A stretch of 64,000 nt of DNA, taken from the IMG/VR virus record IMGVR_UViG_3300020045_009568, positions 7,341-71,340 of that record. One strand, written 5' to 3'. The DNA is from a virus (lineage: Duplodnaviria > Caudoviricetes). Made by a program: the position numbers and the translations under genes. Every line of letters begins with the position of its first letter. Position 1 is the stretch's first letter. The notes beneath the pieces are model-generated. The model did not search any database, was not told where the DNA came from, and saw only the letters and a list, made by a program, of their open reading frames with translations. Of this stretch, positions 17,731 through 28,952 are shown in pieces.

Positions 17731-20700
17731 ATGGAGAAATATTTAACCAGACCAGTAAAAGAGGTGATAGAGTTTAAAACCCCAGGCACCTTCGAAAGTA
17801 TGTATTCAGCCGAGCGCTGGCTTAATGATAATGGCTACAGCAGCGGATCGAATTGTGCTATGATGCCTACAGCAGTCATGAAGGGTGATTATTACGCTTA
17901 CAATCTTCCAGAGAAGTGGAAAAACTTTACATCAACCCAAAAAGATTCGGTTCATGGTGTAATGGTAGGAGATATGAGGGAAGGTCCTGTTTTTTTAATA
18001 TTTTTTGAAATCTAATAACCAATAAATAAAAACAACATGCCAAGAAAAGTAGCTCTTCATCAGCTTGAATCTCTCTCTAATGATGAAACAAAAAATGAAA
18101 TATTACTAGATACCAGCCTTAATGTAGAGCTGCACATAATATCACAACAACACTGCACAATCATAAGACTACCCTATGGCAACAGGTTTGATATTATTGA
18201 TGGGCAGATAATAATTCACGAGAAATAAAAAACTTAATCACTCACACCATATTGCCTACACCGGCATAATGGTTAAAACAAAAAAATGTATGGAAAGGAT
18301 GGAACGAGTAGTAGCCATGATTTTAATTACAGCATGGTCTATGTGGACTTTATTAACAAATGGTGACATGAAACCTAGTGACAATTATTTTTTATGGTCA
18401 TTGTCTGCATTGAGTTTAATGTATGCTGTTGCTAATTGGATTGTTATTTTAATAAAGTTTACAGATAAAATAAGAAAAGGTAATTAATCTCTCACCACTC
18501 CCCCTACAGGGGGTTAACTCACAATTAAAAATAAAATACAATGAATAAGGAATTATTAAATAAAGCGGCAAAAGATTATGCTGAACGTGTTTGTAATGGC
18601 CAATTCCCAATAGAATATACAAGGGAACAAGTTGTAAAGCATACAGCCGATGATTTTATTGCAGGGGTTGAATTTGTTTTGAAAAACAAAATAACACATT
18701 TAAAACTAGATAGAAGTACCCTCCCAAATGATGGGCAAAGAATATCATTCCAAACTCAAAATGAAGAATGGCATGAAGGTTACTTTGTTAGTGGTGATGA
18801 TTTATTTTGGATTAATGAAAATAAATGGTATGCAGCCTTTGATATTGTAAGTTGGAAGACGAATGAGTAAGACTTATAAAAAGTAAATACAATTAATTCA
18901 CACCTCAATTCAGGGGGTTAAAACAAAGTAAAATGGAAAACAAATTAACGCAAAATGAAATCGCTCGTGTATTTGCAATGTACTGGGGACAAAAGAATGG
19001 GAAAGTAGGCAAAGGCTATGGCATTTGTGCGGGCAACACAATTGAGATAGGGAATACATTATTTAGCTACAATGATTTCCCTGAAAAATACCAGCTATGC
19101 CTCACTCCACTGGACAAGATGACAGATGAACATGCTAAAGGAGTTATTAAAGCATCAGGCTTTGAGTTTCAGCCAGAAATTGGGTACACTCATAAAGACA
19201 AAGGGTTTGATTTTGGATATTATACTAACGACGGCTGGATAAATGATACGTTCAAATTTTCCGACATGAATCCAGAGCAATGGCAGTATCTCATCCAAAA
19301 AGGCTACGCCATCCCTTTATTCTTTGGAATCGACCACTGGGCAAACGGCAAGACAGCAATAGAACTTGGTATTGCCATTGATAAAACTCAAAAATAAGTA
19401 ACACAATGAACACACAGACACAGACACAGGAAGCAGCGAAAGCAATAAATGAATTACTAGCCTCATGGCATAGAACTTCCAATCATCAGCAGCAATTACA
19501 GAAAATAAGGGATAACCTGCAAGCCCCCCAACCCATAGCAGCGGATGCGGAGCAAAAGTCAGCCGGTGTTTGGGTAAAGGCAATTGAACGGATGCCTGAT
19601 ATTAAAACTGATCCTTCGCAAATAGTATTCAGGAATATTAAAACTAAAAAAGTTTTAGATGTTTACTCTTACTGGACTGATACTCATTTAGAATTAAACG
19701 ATGCCGATATAAAGTCACAGGCAATTGGAACACTTGTGCCAAAATGTGATATTGAATGGCTTGATGAGTGCGCCACCCAACCAAAGGGAGCAGGAGTAGA
19801 TTTTGATCCAAAAACAAAATCGGTTTTAAGATCTTGTATTGAAGCTGCAATTAAAAAAGCAAAGCTTTCAGCTGCTATAATTCCGGTAATAGAGATTTAT
19901 AAAATCGTTAATTACCTAGATCAACTGTCAGATATTTCCTCCCTCCCATCCCAAGAGGGGCAGACGGGATGCCCATTTGATGAAATATTAAAATAGCTAA
20001 AGTGATAAAGGAGTATAGACTTGAAGATGATTTGCTGATTAAAAGCCGTCCAAAATTTGGCTCAAAAAGGTGGCGCAGGCTTCAAGATGCAATGAATAAT
20101 ACGGGCATCTATTCCTCTAATCGTTGTGAAAAATGCGGCATGATGCTATTTAACCCACAATCAATACTAATACATCAAGGTAATATTTGCCAATCTAAAA
20201 AATAAAAAATATGCAAGAACTATTAGAAGCACTCGAAGGAGCAACAAATGTAAAGGGTATTTCATTCGATAAGGAAAGTAATACATGGGAGATATTCTAT
20301 CACTCCGGCGAACCTAACAAAGTATCCTCTGATTTACTAATTGACTTTTTAAATAACGGGTAATATGGGAATGTACACATGGCTAGATGAATGCCAACAA
20401 CAAGCGTATAGCAAAGTTTCAGACAAGGAATTGAATGAATTATTTCAAGAGGTAAGAGAGGTTATGCCTCATGTATTTATTTCTGAAAACATCTATGTCA
20501 GAAAGCCGTTGTTTGGGAAGAAAGAGACAATTGTAAACTATTCTGTTTACCACTTATCAGATAAGCAACTGACATCTTTTTCAGAGTTTAGATTTATGAA
20601 TCTTAACTTTTCAAGCAATGCTCTATTGTTTAATTACCTGTGTGGGCTTCTAAATGGTTATAGATATAACGAGTATAAAAAATTGAGCCAAGAGGGGGAA

Positions 20701-21181
20701 CACCAACTAACGCCAGGTAAAAACAACTAAAATCAATTTTATGACAGAGAACGAAAAAATAGAAAGGCTGATGCAGCCACGGTATAAGGTAATAGCTGAC
20801 TACCCCGGCAGGCCGTCATCAATGCCAATTGGCCATATATTAATCCTTGATAAATTCGGAGCCGGTAAATGGTGGCATGAATACACTGATTTAGAGCCAA
20901 TCCATATTGATGAGGGTTCAAAAAGATTTCCTGTTGTTTTAAAGCAACTCGAATGGTGGGAAGAAAGAACAGCAGAGGAAATGCCGGAGTATGTCAAGTT
21001 GGTAAAAAATGCAAAAGGATTTGGGTTGCCTGACAATTGCATCAGAAGCGTTATCGAATGGGATATGAATTTAAAACCACCTAGGGCAGATTGCTTTCCG
21101 GTAACAATCAATGCTGGCAATCTAATTCCAGCCACCAAAGAACAATACCTTTCCCAGGTAAAAACAATTCAGAATAAATAA
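17731..21181 (+). CDS. Array of small accessory hypothetical ORFs
   Basis: 17731-18015, 18037-18228, 18269-18487, 18541-18870, 18933-19397, 19406-19996, 20002-20205, 20365-20730, 20741-21181; co-oriented and AT-rich. Confidence 0.65.
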
Positions 21182-21187
21182 ATACAA

Positions 21188-21218
21188 AAAGCCACCCAAA
21201 AATAAATTGAGTGGCTTT
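21188..21218. terminator. Bidirectional terminator between convergent early and late arms
   Basis: aaagccac...gtggcttt stem with A/T tails on both sides. Confidence 0.65.
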
Positions 21219-21294
21219 CGTTTACCCGGCCTTGTAACATACTTCACACTCCCATAACCCACATAATGAAAGTGATCAGCCACGGGCAAATTAT

Positions 21295-21831
21295 TTATGC
21301 TTCATTGCTGCTTACATTGCCAGCAACATCGACAACCATTTTTTCAGGTGAATAAGTAATGTATTCTGGCCGCCTAACGGCAACAAGCCTTTGCTTGCTT
21401 ATTTTTACAACACTCACTTTATTTCCTTGGTTCCCGCCTAATACATGGTAGTTATTAGCATCTTCGCCAACATAAAAGCCTACATGCCCACCTTCAGGCC
21501 GCTGGAATATCAATAAGTCACCAAAGGCTGCATTTGCACGAGGTACCTCAATAAGATTTGCACCCTGATATTTCAAGGCTCTCAAATAATCGTATGCGTC
21601 TTTTGTGTTTAAAATAACCTGCCTGCCTGCCCGCTTCATTACATAGCACACAAAGAGGCCACACCATGCAGTATCATCATTTTTGTAAACCTTGTCAAGT
21701 CCAAGCTCTTTTGCCCATCGCAATATTTCAGGATTGCTTTTAGCGCCAGGTATTTCAGTGGTACCAAGATAGCTGGCTGCAACTGCTATATGACGGGGTG
21801 TAACGATTGATTTTAAATATTCGTAACTCAT
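21295..21831 (-). CDS. TIGR02594-type NlpC/P60/CHAP-like peptidoglycan hydrolase (endolysin)
   Basis: EIPGAKSNPEI...DDTAWCGLFV...GHVGFY...VLGGNQ motifs. Confidence 0.9.
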   Translation of the reverse strand: MSYEYLKSIVTPRHIAVAASYLGTTEIPGAKSNPEILRWAKELGLDKVYKNDDTAWCGLFVCYVMKRAGRQVILNTKDAYDYLRALKYQGANLIEVPRANAAFGDLLIFQRPEGGHVGFYVGEDANNYHVLGGNQGNKVSVVKISKQRLVAVRRPEYITYSPEKMVVDVAGNVSSNEA

Positions 21832-21834
21832 ACC

Positions 21835-22494
21835 TTAAAATTTTACATTGTTTTTAATGAACATCGCAGCGGCTGCAATAGCAACTACCTTCAATCCGGT
21901 TGCCTGTATTTTCTGCCACTTGAATTTTTTATTGAGTTGTTTGATAGCCTCTGCCTGCTGCTTATTCAATCCAGACATTTCATTGAATCCATGTTCAAAT
22001 ATTTTAGCCTTGACGGTAGCAAAATCAATCAGGGTGTCTTTGGTTGCAATGATGGAATCTTTGTTATCTAACTGTGAGTTAAGATTTACAATTACCCCTT
22101 TTGCCTGTGCTATGTATTCATCGCAATTATCCGACAACTCTGTATATTCCTGCTGTGTTCCATTGATTGACTGCTTTGCGGTATCTGCTTTTTTACTTGC
22201 CTGCAACCGGCGTATCTCCTGTTCCGCAGCATACAGCTTTTGATCTTTCAACCGCAGCATCTTTGCGCTGTCTGTTACTAACCGTTTAAAACTGTCAGCC
22301 TTTGCAACAGTTTCCTTGATTGACTTATCAATTGATTTTGCTGAATCCTTAGTATGCTTTGTGATCTCGTTGGCAGTTGGGCCGGTAGTTATGATCTTAT
22401 CCTCCCATGGCCTCCATAATAACAGGCAAAGGATAAATCCCAGCACCATGCAGAGAAAGCCGGTAATTGGTTTGATGTATATTTCTTTTTTCAT
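21835..22494 (-). CDS. Membrane-anchored coiled-coil protein, spanin (Rz-like) candidate
   Basis: N-terminal TM helix, long coiled coil, adjacent to the endolysin. Confidence 0.5.
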   Translation of the reverse strand: MKKEIYIKPITGFLCMVLGFILCLLLWRPWEDKIITTGPTANEITKHTKDSAKSIDKSIKETVAKADSFKRLVTDSAKMLRLKDQKLYAAEQEIRRLQASKKADTAKQSINGTQQEYTELSDNCDEYIAQAKGVIVNLNSQLDNKDSIIATKDTLIDFATVKAKIFEHGFNEMSGLNKQQAEAIKQLNKKFKWQKIQATGLKVVAIAAAAMFIKNNVKF

Positions 22495-24415
22495 GTTGAA
22501 GTTTTTTTTCTCCTGTCAATCTCACTATTGATGGTATTGATATGGAATTCTTTTAAAAATGAAGGCATCCTTTTTATGTAACTATTAGTTTTTAGATATT
22601 CCAAATGATCAGTATGCGCATCTATCGGCTGCTTCTTGTACTTAAATCTGTACCACACTTTTATTGTATCAATAACATAGCATAGATAAGTGTGATTCCA
22701 AATGTCAGACATAAACCAGCGCCAAGCAGCACCAAGGGCAAGCCATGTTCCAATTGATAAGCCGCCCCAAAAAACAATTATTCCAATCCAGTGGTAAATT
22801 ATATTCATAGTTGTTTTTATTAATCATCCTCACCATAAAAACCAGCATTCAGTCTGGTATGTGTTACTTCGCTGTTGGGAATATTTTTTATACTATCATC
22901 CCTGCAGCAGTCCCATTCTCCAGCATTAGGCCAACAGTGTATAATCTCTCTGCCATCTTTCAAACGAATATCCTGCACACGTTTTTCATATTGTCCGCTA
23001 TATTCACTCCATTCTTTTGTCAATTGACTCATCAGCATCCTTTTATCAAGTAAGCAATAAGCAACCCACCGCAAATAATAACGGCAATTGCAATTTGTAT
23101 TTTATCCCCTTTGTTATACGGCATACAACTGATTTAAAACATTCAGAATGATGATTAAAATCATAAATGCAATTGCCTTTCTTACGCCGCCGTTTGCGCC
23201 AAACATTCGCATGAATAACCTTTCCCAAAATTCATTGCCATCACCAATGTACCCTGCTTTCAATTTTGCCCCGGTATTATGACTTGGGTCATATATTGAA
23301 CCCCTTATTATCAGTCCGGCAACTAATACCTTCCAGCCAATGAAGTAAACCAATGGAATAAAGAAAAGTGAATACATGATGTATCCTGACCGGTGCCATC
23401 GCTTGCGTTCATCATTGGTTAATTTGCGGTTACTCAAATGAGAATGGCCATCATGCAACCCACAAACAAATGTGAATACCAGGATTAATATTTGGGCGTA
23501 GTATATCAATTGTCAGCAAGCATTGAGAAGTATGAAAAGATGGTAACTGCTGCAAACGATAGAGCCAACCAACCGTTTAGCTTCTTTCCACCTGCACCAA
23601 TGACCAACCGGGCAATAAAAAACAATGTCAATACGCCTGCAATAATCGGGATGAATACTTTGCCACCGGAAAAACCAGCACCGCTGCAGCCGGAAAAAAT
23701 GATCAACGGGAGTAAATAAATGAGCTTTTTCATAATTGTATTTTTGAATGATTGATTTATTATTTAGCCCTATCCTGTTTGTTTTCCATACGGATAAGGA
23801 TTTCTTCAAGTTTATTGCTGATCTCTTTAATATCCTGCTTATACTCTATCCTACCCTGCTTTAAATACTCAATCTCAGTTCCGTTCTTTTCTACTTTAGT
23901 TCCAAGGTTCCATGTCCAAATAACAATCCCACAAATCACTGGAATAAAACAGGCTAATATTTCCCATAGTTTTGGCTGTTTGTTCATTTCCGGTATGCTT
24001 TAAAAAGGTAATAAAAGGTCATTAAAAAAAAGATAGCATTCTGTACAAGGAAAAACCACTGTGTTTGCTTGAATGAAATAGCATAGTGTACAATATCCAT
24101 CAGCCCTGTAATAGCTACTACAAAAAATATTCTATGCCATAGCTTAACAAAAGTCAACATCGCATTATGTCCAACCCATTCACTATTTTGCAAATGCTTC
24201 TCAACCGGCCGGAGTATGAACACAACGCAAAACATCAGCAAGGAAAAGCCAAATAAATCAGACAGGTGTTTTGCATACCATGCTATACTAATATGTATTT
24301 CAGGCTTCAGAAAAAATGGCGCTATCATTTCATCCGATGGAAATGCCCGGTAAACTGACTGGCAAATAATGCTCAGAAAGAAAAGAAACAGAGATTTTGC
24401 AACTGATTGTTTCAT
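22491..24415 (-). CDS. Lysis-region small and membrane proteins
   Basis: 22491-22808, 22820-23074, 23114-23509, 23506-23733 (lipobox-like FSGC), 23760-23987 (single TM plus coiled coil), 23984-24415. Confidence 0.6.
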
Positions 24416-24829
24416 TTATCTTGGTTTTGGTGGTAAGCCGCCTGGATCTGGATTAGTTGAGCCGCCGGGTCCTTCCCCAAAACTCACTGGCTTTTGCTCA
24501 GGTGTAAAGTTTTTGATCTTGTCAACCATCCATGATTCTGCACGGCTGAAAAATGTATTTAACACCTCAGCACCTACCGCACCAATAGCGGCAAAAATGA
24601 ATATGCCATATTGCATATACTTTGCTGGCACCAGTTCCCATGCCATCAGGCAAAGCATTATCGGGATGAGTTGCGTAAGCATTATATCCCAATCCATATT
24701 CACATACTGCTTTAAGGTAAAGCTGTAGTCAATAGTTGCACCCTTTCTGCGGATGCTTACAAACTTTCGTAGGTTTGAAAATATAAATCCTGCAAAAGCT
24801 GCGATGATTAATTCATAAATTGTAGGCAT
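24416..24829 (-). CDS. Holin-like membrane protein
   Basis: Three hydrophobic segments and a charged/Pro-rich tail, within the lysis cluster. Confidence 0.5.
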   Translation of the reverse strand: MPTIYELIIAAFAGFIFSNLRKFVSIRRKGATIDYSFTLKQYVNMDWDIMLTQLIPIMLCLMAWELVPAKYMQYGIFIFAAIGAVGAEVLNTFFSRAESWMVDKIKNFTPEQKPVSFGEGPGGSTNPDPGGLPPKPR

Positions 24830-24851
24830 AGTTGTATGTTATTAAGGTTCT

Positions 24852-25685
24852 TTATTTTATCCATGGCAGCTTTACTCCGGCAGCAGGATCAACTGGCACT
24901 GGCCCGGGTGGTGTAACTACATCAGGGTAAAAGTCTGTGTATGTAGCCGCCGCTGTACCTTGTTTGTAATTATCGGTTACTGCTGCTGCTTTAGGATAAG
25001 CAGATTTTTTAAGGCTCCATTTATAAATACCGGCTTTCCAATACCAAGCCGTCTCACCTGTGCCGCCAATAACGTCAGCCGTTGGCCCGTTGTAGCGAAA
25101 CTTGAAAACACCATCAATCCACATTTCAAAAAAGCCATCACTAAACATTGAACGCTTGAAGTGTAATAAATTTCTCTGCCATGCACCACGTTTATAAGGC
25201 CCCAGCGGATAGGTAACATTAGTAGTTAGATTGGATGATTGATTGGTCTTGCTGTTTTGGATAACGGCATAATTATTCCCATTTTCAAACTTGAAATAAA
25301 ATGGAACATTAATTATTCCATGGATTTGCCCGGATGAAAACGGACGGCTATCCACCGGCACCCATGTTGGAATGTAAGTATCCCATTGTACCCATTCAAC
25401 GGCTGCAAAATCTACAATCTTGGTATTTATTTCTGTTCTGTTTGAACCGCCACAAAGACTATCCGATTTGCTTACTGATGCGTAAAAAGCATAATCACCC
25501 GGCGTTGAAAAGCTATCTGTTAAAAAGCCTGGATTATTCGGGGTAACACAATTGAGTAGGAAAAACCCACTCTGTGACAAAGTACCACTGTTCCAGTCTT
25601 TTAAAATAGTCTGCCCATTTACCGTAGTAAATAAAAAGGAGGTAAGCAAAATGATGATTAGGTTTTTCATCGGTAATATTTTCAT
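24852..25685 (-). CDS. Exported polysaccharide-lyase-like (beta-jelly-roll) protein
   Basis: Signal peptide ending TVNG|Q; RTEI...GQIHG...GFFEMWIDG...YWKAGIYK pattern of Polysacc_lyase-type folds. Confidence 0.65.
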   Translation of the reverse strand: MKILPMKNLIIILLTSFLFTTVNGQTILKDWNSGTLSQSGFFLLNCVTPNNPGFLTDSFSTPGDYAFYASVSKSDSLCGGSNRTEINTKIVDFAAVEWVQWDTYIPTWVPVDSRPFSSGQIHGIINVPFYFKFENGNNYAVIQNSKTNQSSNLTTNVTYPLGPYKRGAWQRNLLHFKRSMFSDGFFEMWIDGVFKFRYNGPTADVIGGTGETAWYWKAGIYKWSLKKSAYPKAAAVTDNYKQGTAAATYTDFYPDVVTPPGPVPVDPAAGVKLPWIK

Positions 25686-25699
25686 TTGAATATTTTTTG

Positions 25700-25812
25700 T
25701 ATATTTGAAATGGATAAGCCTACGGGCTAGTCCATCAGGTCAAATGTTAAAGGACTGGGGTGTCCCCAATCGAATATGTTGACTTTACGCCGCCTGATCA
25801 GCGGCTTTTTTA
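25700..25812 (+). ncRNA. Candidate antisense small RNA
   Basis: TATATTTG box, then a hairpin with a TACG loop (agcc-tacg-ggct), a ggggtgtcccc hairpin and a gccgc..gcggc-T6 terminator; intergenic. Confidence 0.35.
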
Positions 25813-25835
25813 TTACCCCCAGTTATCATCTTTCA

Positions 25836-26300
25836 TCATTGCAACGCAATTTTAAGTTTATCAATTACAGCTTGTAAGGCTGCGTTTTGTATCGTTAGTT
25901 TATCAATCAATGCCTGCTGTACTGTTATCTGTTTCTGGTAGCTTGTAGATTGATCCTGTAATGTTTGTATGGCTGATGCGGTTAGCTTATCCTGTGTTTG
26001 AATTACTAACACCTGGCTTTTTAAAACAGGTATCGCCGGGTCTTGCAGGATCACCACTTTGCCGCTAACAATCTTTATCAGGCTTGCGCCAGATGTATCT
26101 GCAACTGGATAAGCGTTGAGTGTTGCTGCAATTGGCTTAATTGCCCTTGCAATGGAATTAGCAACAAGCGTGTCCGATCCTGGCTTATAGTAAACTATAG
26201 GTGCGCTTAAAGATGTGCTGGATACTATCCTTCCAGTTTGCGCTGATATGCCGCCAATGGCAAGCAGTGTTATAAGTAATAATGTGAGTGTCTTTTTCAT
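25836..26300 (-). CDS. Exported protein with C-terminal coiled coil
   Basis: Signal peptide GGISA|Q; heptad-rich C-terminus. Confidence 0.65.
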   Translation of the reverse strand: MKKTLTLLLITLLAIGGISAQTGRIVSSTSLSAPIVYYKPGSDTLVANSIARAIKPIAATLNAYPVADTSGASLIKIVSGKVVILQDPAIPVLKSQVLVIQTQDKLTASAIQTLQDQSTSYQKQITVQQALIDKLTIQNAALQAVIDKLKIALQ

Positions 26301-26312
26301 AATTATTTGTAA

Positions 26313-28952
26313 TTATTGATTTTCTGTTAATTCCATTGTTGAGCCTACCTGTATATATACAGGTTTAGCTGCCGTTAATGCAGCTGCTGCGAATATGAGC
26401 GTTAATGTTCCGGGCGTTGATGACGTTGTGATAAATACTGTTCCTTGTACCGCACCCTGTAGCCCTGTGGCACGATTAAGAGCAACAGCTCCACCTGCTG
26501 ACAAGCTACCCAAACCTGCCACCCTAACTATCTGCGGAGCGCCGTTGGAAGCATTTGAGCCGATGAGCGTACCGGATGCAAGTGCAGAACCGGATGGCCC
26601 GGATAATCCTAACCTGATACCTGTTGTTGTATCGCAACTGGTAAATAATGTAAATTCAATCTTATACTTTTTATTTGCACCTACTGATAGCGATAATCCG
26701 CTGTTTTTTGCAACCGTTATTACTGTTGTGTCTTGCGTTGAAAGTGTGACGGATGTAGGCAAGCTGCCACCACCTGAACTTTTCACCGCCTTTTTAATAT
26801 TCCCATCAACTCCAATAACAAGTGCGCTATCTGTTAATAATACCGTATTTCCTAACCCAACTAATTTTGCAACATTTGTATCGGGTGCTACTACATGAAG
26901 CCTTGCAGTAGGTGTTGTTGTTCCTATGCCTACCAAATTGTTGCTTCCAATATGCAGCGCTGGTTCGCCAAATCCAACCTCAAATGATGAATCTACCGTG
27001 TTATTAAAATTATGCCCTATAGCTGTTGATAAAACTCCGCTGGCTTCTGTTGTTTGCCCTATAGCTGTTGATAGATTTCCGCTTGCTATAGTTGATTCAC
27101 CAATGGCAATTGAGGCATATCCGCTTGCTGTTGCCTGATTCCCCATAGCTATTGAACCATACCCGTTAGTAGTATTATAGCTGCCAATCGCTGCGCTTGC
27201 ACCGCCATTTGCATTATTACTTATACCTACAGCAAATGAAGATTGCCCATTTGCATTGTTATTATCCCCAAATGAAACATTTGTATTAGTGCCAAGTTTC
27301 CCAATCGGATTATCATTCACCTTTAGTATTACTGGTTGATTATCGGTTGTCCCGAAATAATTAACACTCGAATCTGTCCCTGCTGTTCCTGTTAATCCCC
27401 ATGAAGCAGTACCACCACTAGCGCCACCCATCTTTATCCATGCAGAGCCATTATAAAAACAAAGTGCTGTACTATCTGTATTGTAAATAATTAACCCTGC
27501 CGCAGGAGAAGCGATGGCGTTCATCTGTACACCCGTCATGCGTGGTGGTAAAAATCCTTTGATTGTTGAACTTATATCAAGTGCAGCGGATGCGTTTGGC
27601 GAAGCAGTGCCTATTCCAAAGTTATTTACATTGATATAACCAGTAGAAGATGTGCCAAGATTGTCATACCTCAACTCCATTACCGGAGCGGTGCCGCCGT
27701 ATGTTTTATTCAATCTGAAATTTCCAGAGTAGCTATCAAAGTTTAAAAAATTACTCCCATTGTAGTAAATGCCAGTGTTAGGGTCACCCCATGATAATCT
27801 TTTATTAAGCGCAAGGATTAGCCCACCCGATGAGAATAATTCTTTTGTAGCTGGGTTTATCCTGAATGCAACACTGTCATTTGTAAGCACTCCATTTGCA
27901 TCAGGGAATGTAAGCCCATAGCTCTGCAGTTTAGCTATAAGTTTTACCGACAACACTGTGTCATCATGCACATCTACATAAGCCATCAGCAGCATGCCTG
28001 AATCCAATGATCGTGGGTAAGACTTAATGGTATCTTCAATACCCATCAGCGTATCAATAATCCCCAAAGAGGGTATTACAATAGCATCTGTTCGCCAATA
28101 GTCAGCCGTTGCCGGAGGAATTACTATTCTGATGTCAGTGGTGAATGTGTCCTGTATGCCAGCTAATCTGTAAATAATAGGGGCGTAAATGATAACTGTG
28201 TCACCTGAAATTGCAGCGCCGCCAGTGGAGAGGATTTCGTTGTCTTTTGAAAGCAGGTTGTTTGCAACCCGTATATCAATCCTTCTGCCTGGCGAATCAA
28301 TTAGCAAGACACTGCCATCGCCGGAAAACACCCCCACTTTTACCTTTGCAATACTATCATAGATGTAGGTAGTATCAAATGGAGTAGTGTTATCAATGTT
28401 CACACATTTTGCAGAGTTGTTATTCCACCAGCAATAGTTTGTGCCGCTTATGGTAATACTGTCGATAGCTGTTGAAACAATATCGCCTGTAATGGTGTAG
28501 CAGGTAGCCACCCCTGCAGTATAAAAACATAATTGCGTTCCGCCAACAACTTTTGCGCTGTCAATGCTATTGGCCAGTGTATAGCAGGTTGATGTATCAT
28601 GCTTCCAATAGCACAATGTTCGTGGTGCCGTAAAGGTTATACTGTCAATCCCTGTCGTGGTACCCTGCGGTACCGGTGTAACTACATAGGTTGCAAGCCT
28701 TATCCATCTGTTACCGGAATATACATACACCCCAGAATCAGCCGGGTTGTACCTTATTTGTCCAGTATCTCTTCCTCCAGGTATATTTCTAAGCGAAGAG
28801 ATACCAAGCGGGATAGATAAAACACCATTTCTATCCATCAAAAATCTTTTCACTGGACCATAGCCATTTTGAGGCATAGACTGATAAGCCCCCGGCTGTC
28901 CAAAGGAAGTGACAGCTGCAATCAAAAAGAGTACGGTTAATAGTTTTTTCAT
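26313..28952 (-). CDS. Tail-fibre/adhesin-like protein with signal peptide and YadA-head-like repeats
   Basis: TSFG|Q signal; Cys-paired repeats; GIGTASP motifs; ASGYASIAIG/ASGNLSTAIG/ASGVLSTAIG repeats. Confidence 0.7.
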   Translation of the reverse strand: MKKLLTVLFLIAAVTSFGQPGAYQSMPQNGYGPVKRFLMDRNGVLSIPLGISSLRNIPGGRDTGQIRYNPADSGVYVYSGNRWIRLATYVVTPVPQGTTTGIDSITFTAPRTLCYWKHDTSTCYTLANSIDSAKVVGGTQLCFYTAGVATCYTITGDIVSTAIDSITISGTNYCWWNNNSAKCVNIDNTTPFDTTYIYDSIAKVKVGVFSGDGSVLLIDSPGRRIDIRVANNLLSKDNEILSTGGAAISGDTVIIYAPIIYRLAGIQDTFTTDIRIVIPPATADYWRTDAIVIPSLGIIDTLMGIEDTIKSYPRSLDSGMLLMAYVDVHDDTVLSVKLIAKLQSYGLTFPDANGVLTNDSVAFRINPATKELFSSGGLILALNKRLSWGDPNTGIYYNGSNFLNFDSYSGNFRLNKTYGGTAPVMELRYDNLGTSSTGYINVNNFGIGTASPNASAALDISSTIKGFLPPRMTGVQMNAIASPAAGLIIYNTDSTALCFYNGSAWIKMGGASGGTASWGLTGTAGTDSSVNYFGTTDNQPVILKVNDNPIGKLGTNTNVSFGDNNNANGQSSFAVGISNNANGGASAAIGSYNTTNGYGSIAMGNQATASGYASIAIGESTIASGNLSTAIGQTTEASGVLSTAIGHNFNNTVDSSFEVGFGEPALHIGSNNLVGIGTTTPTARLHVVAPDTNVAKLVGLGNTVLLTDSALVIGVDGNIKKAVKSSGGGSLPTSVTLSTQDTTVITVAKNSGLSLSVGANKKYKIEFTLFTSCDTTTGIRLGLSGPSGSALASGTLIGSNASNGAPQIVRVAGLGSLSAGGAVALNRATGLQGAVQGTVFITTSSTPGTLTLIFAAAALTAAKPVYIQVGSTMELTENQ

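Noticed and set aside
25714-25812. Hammerhead or other small ribozyme
   Set aside because: The minus strand has CTGATGG rather than CTGATGA and no GAAA core; no pistol or twister consensus recognised.
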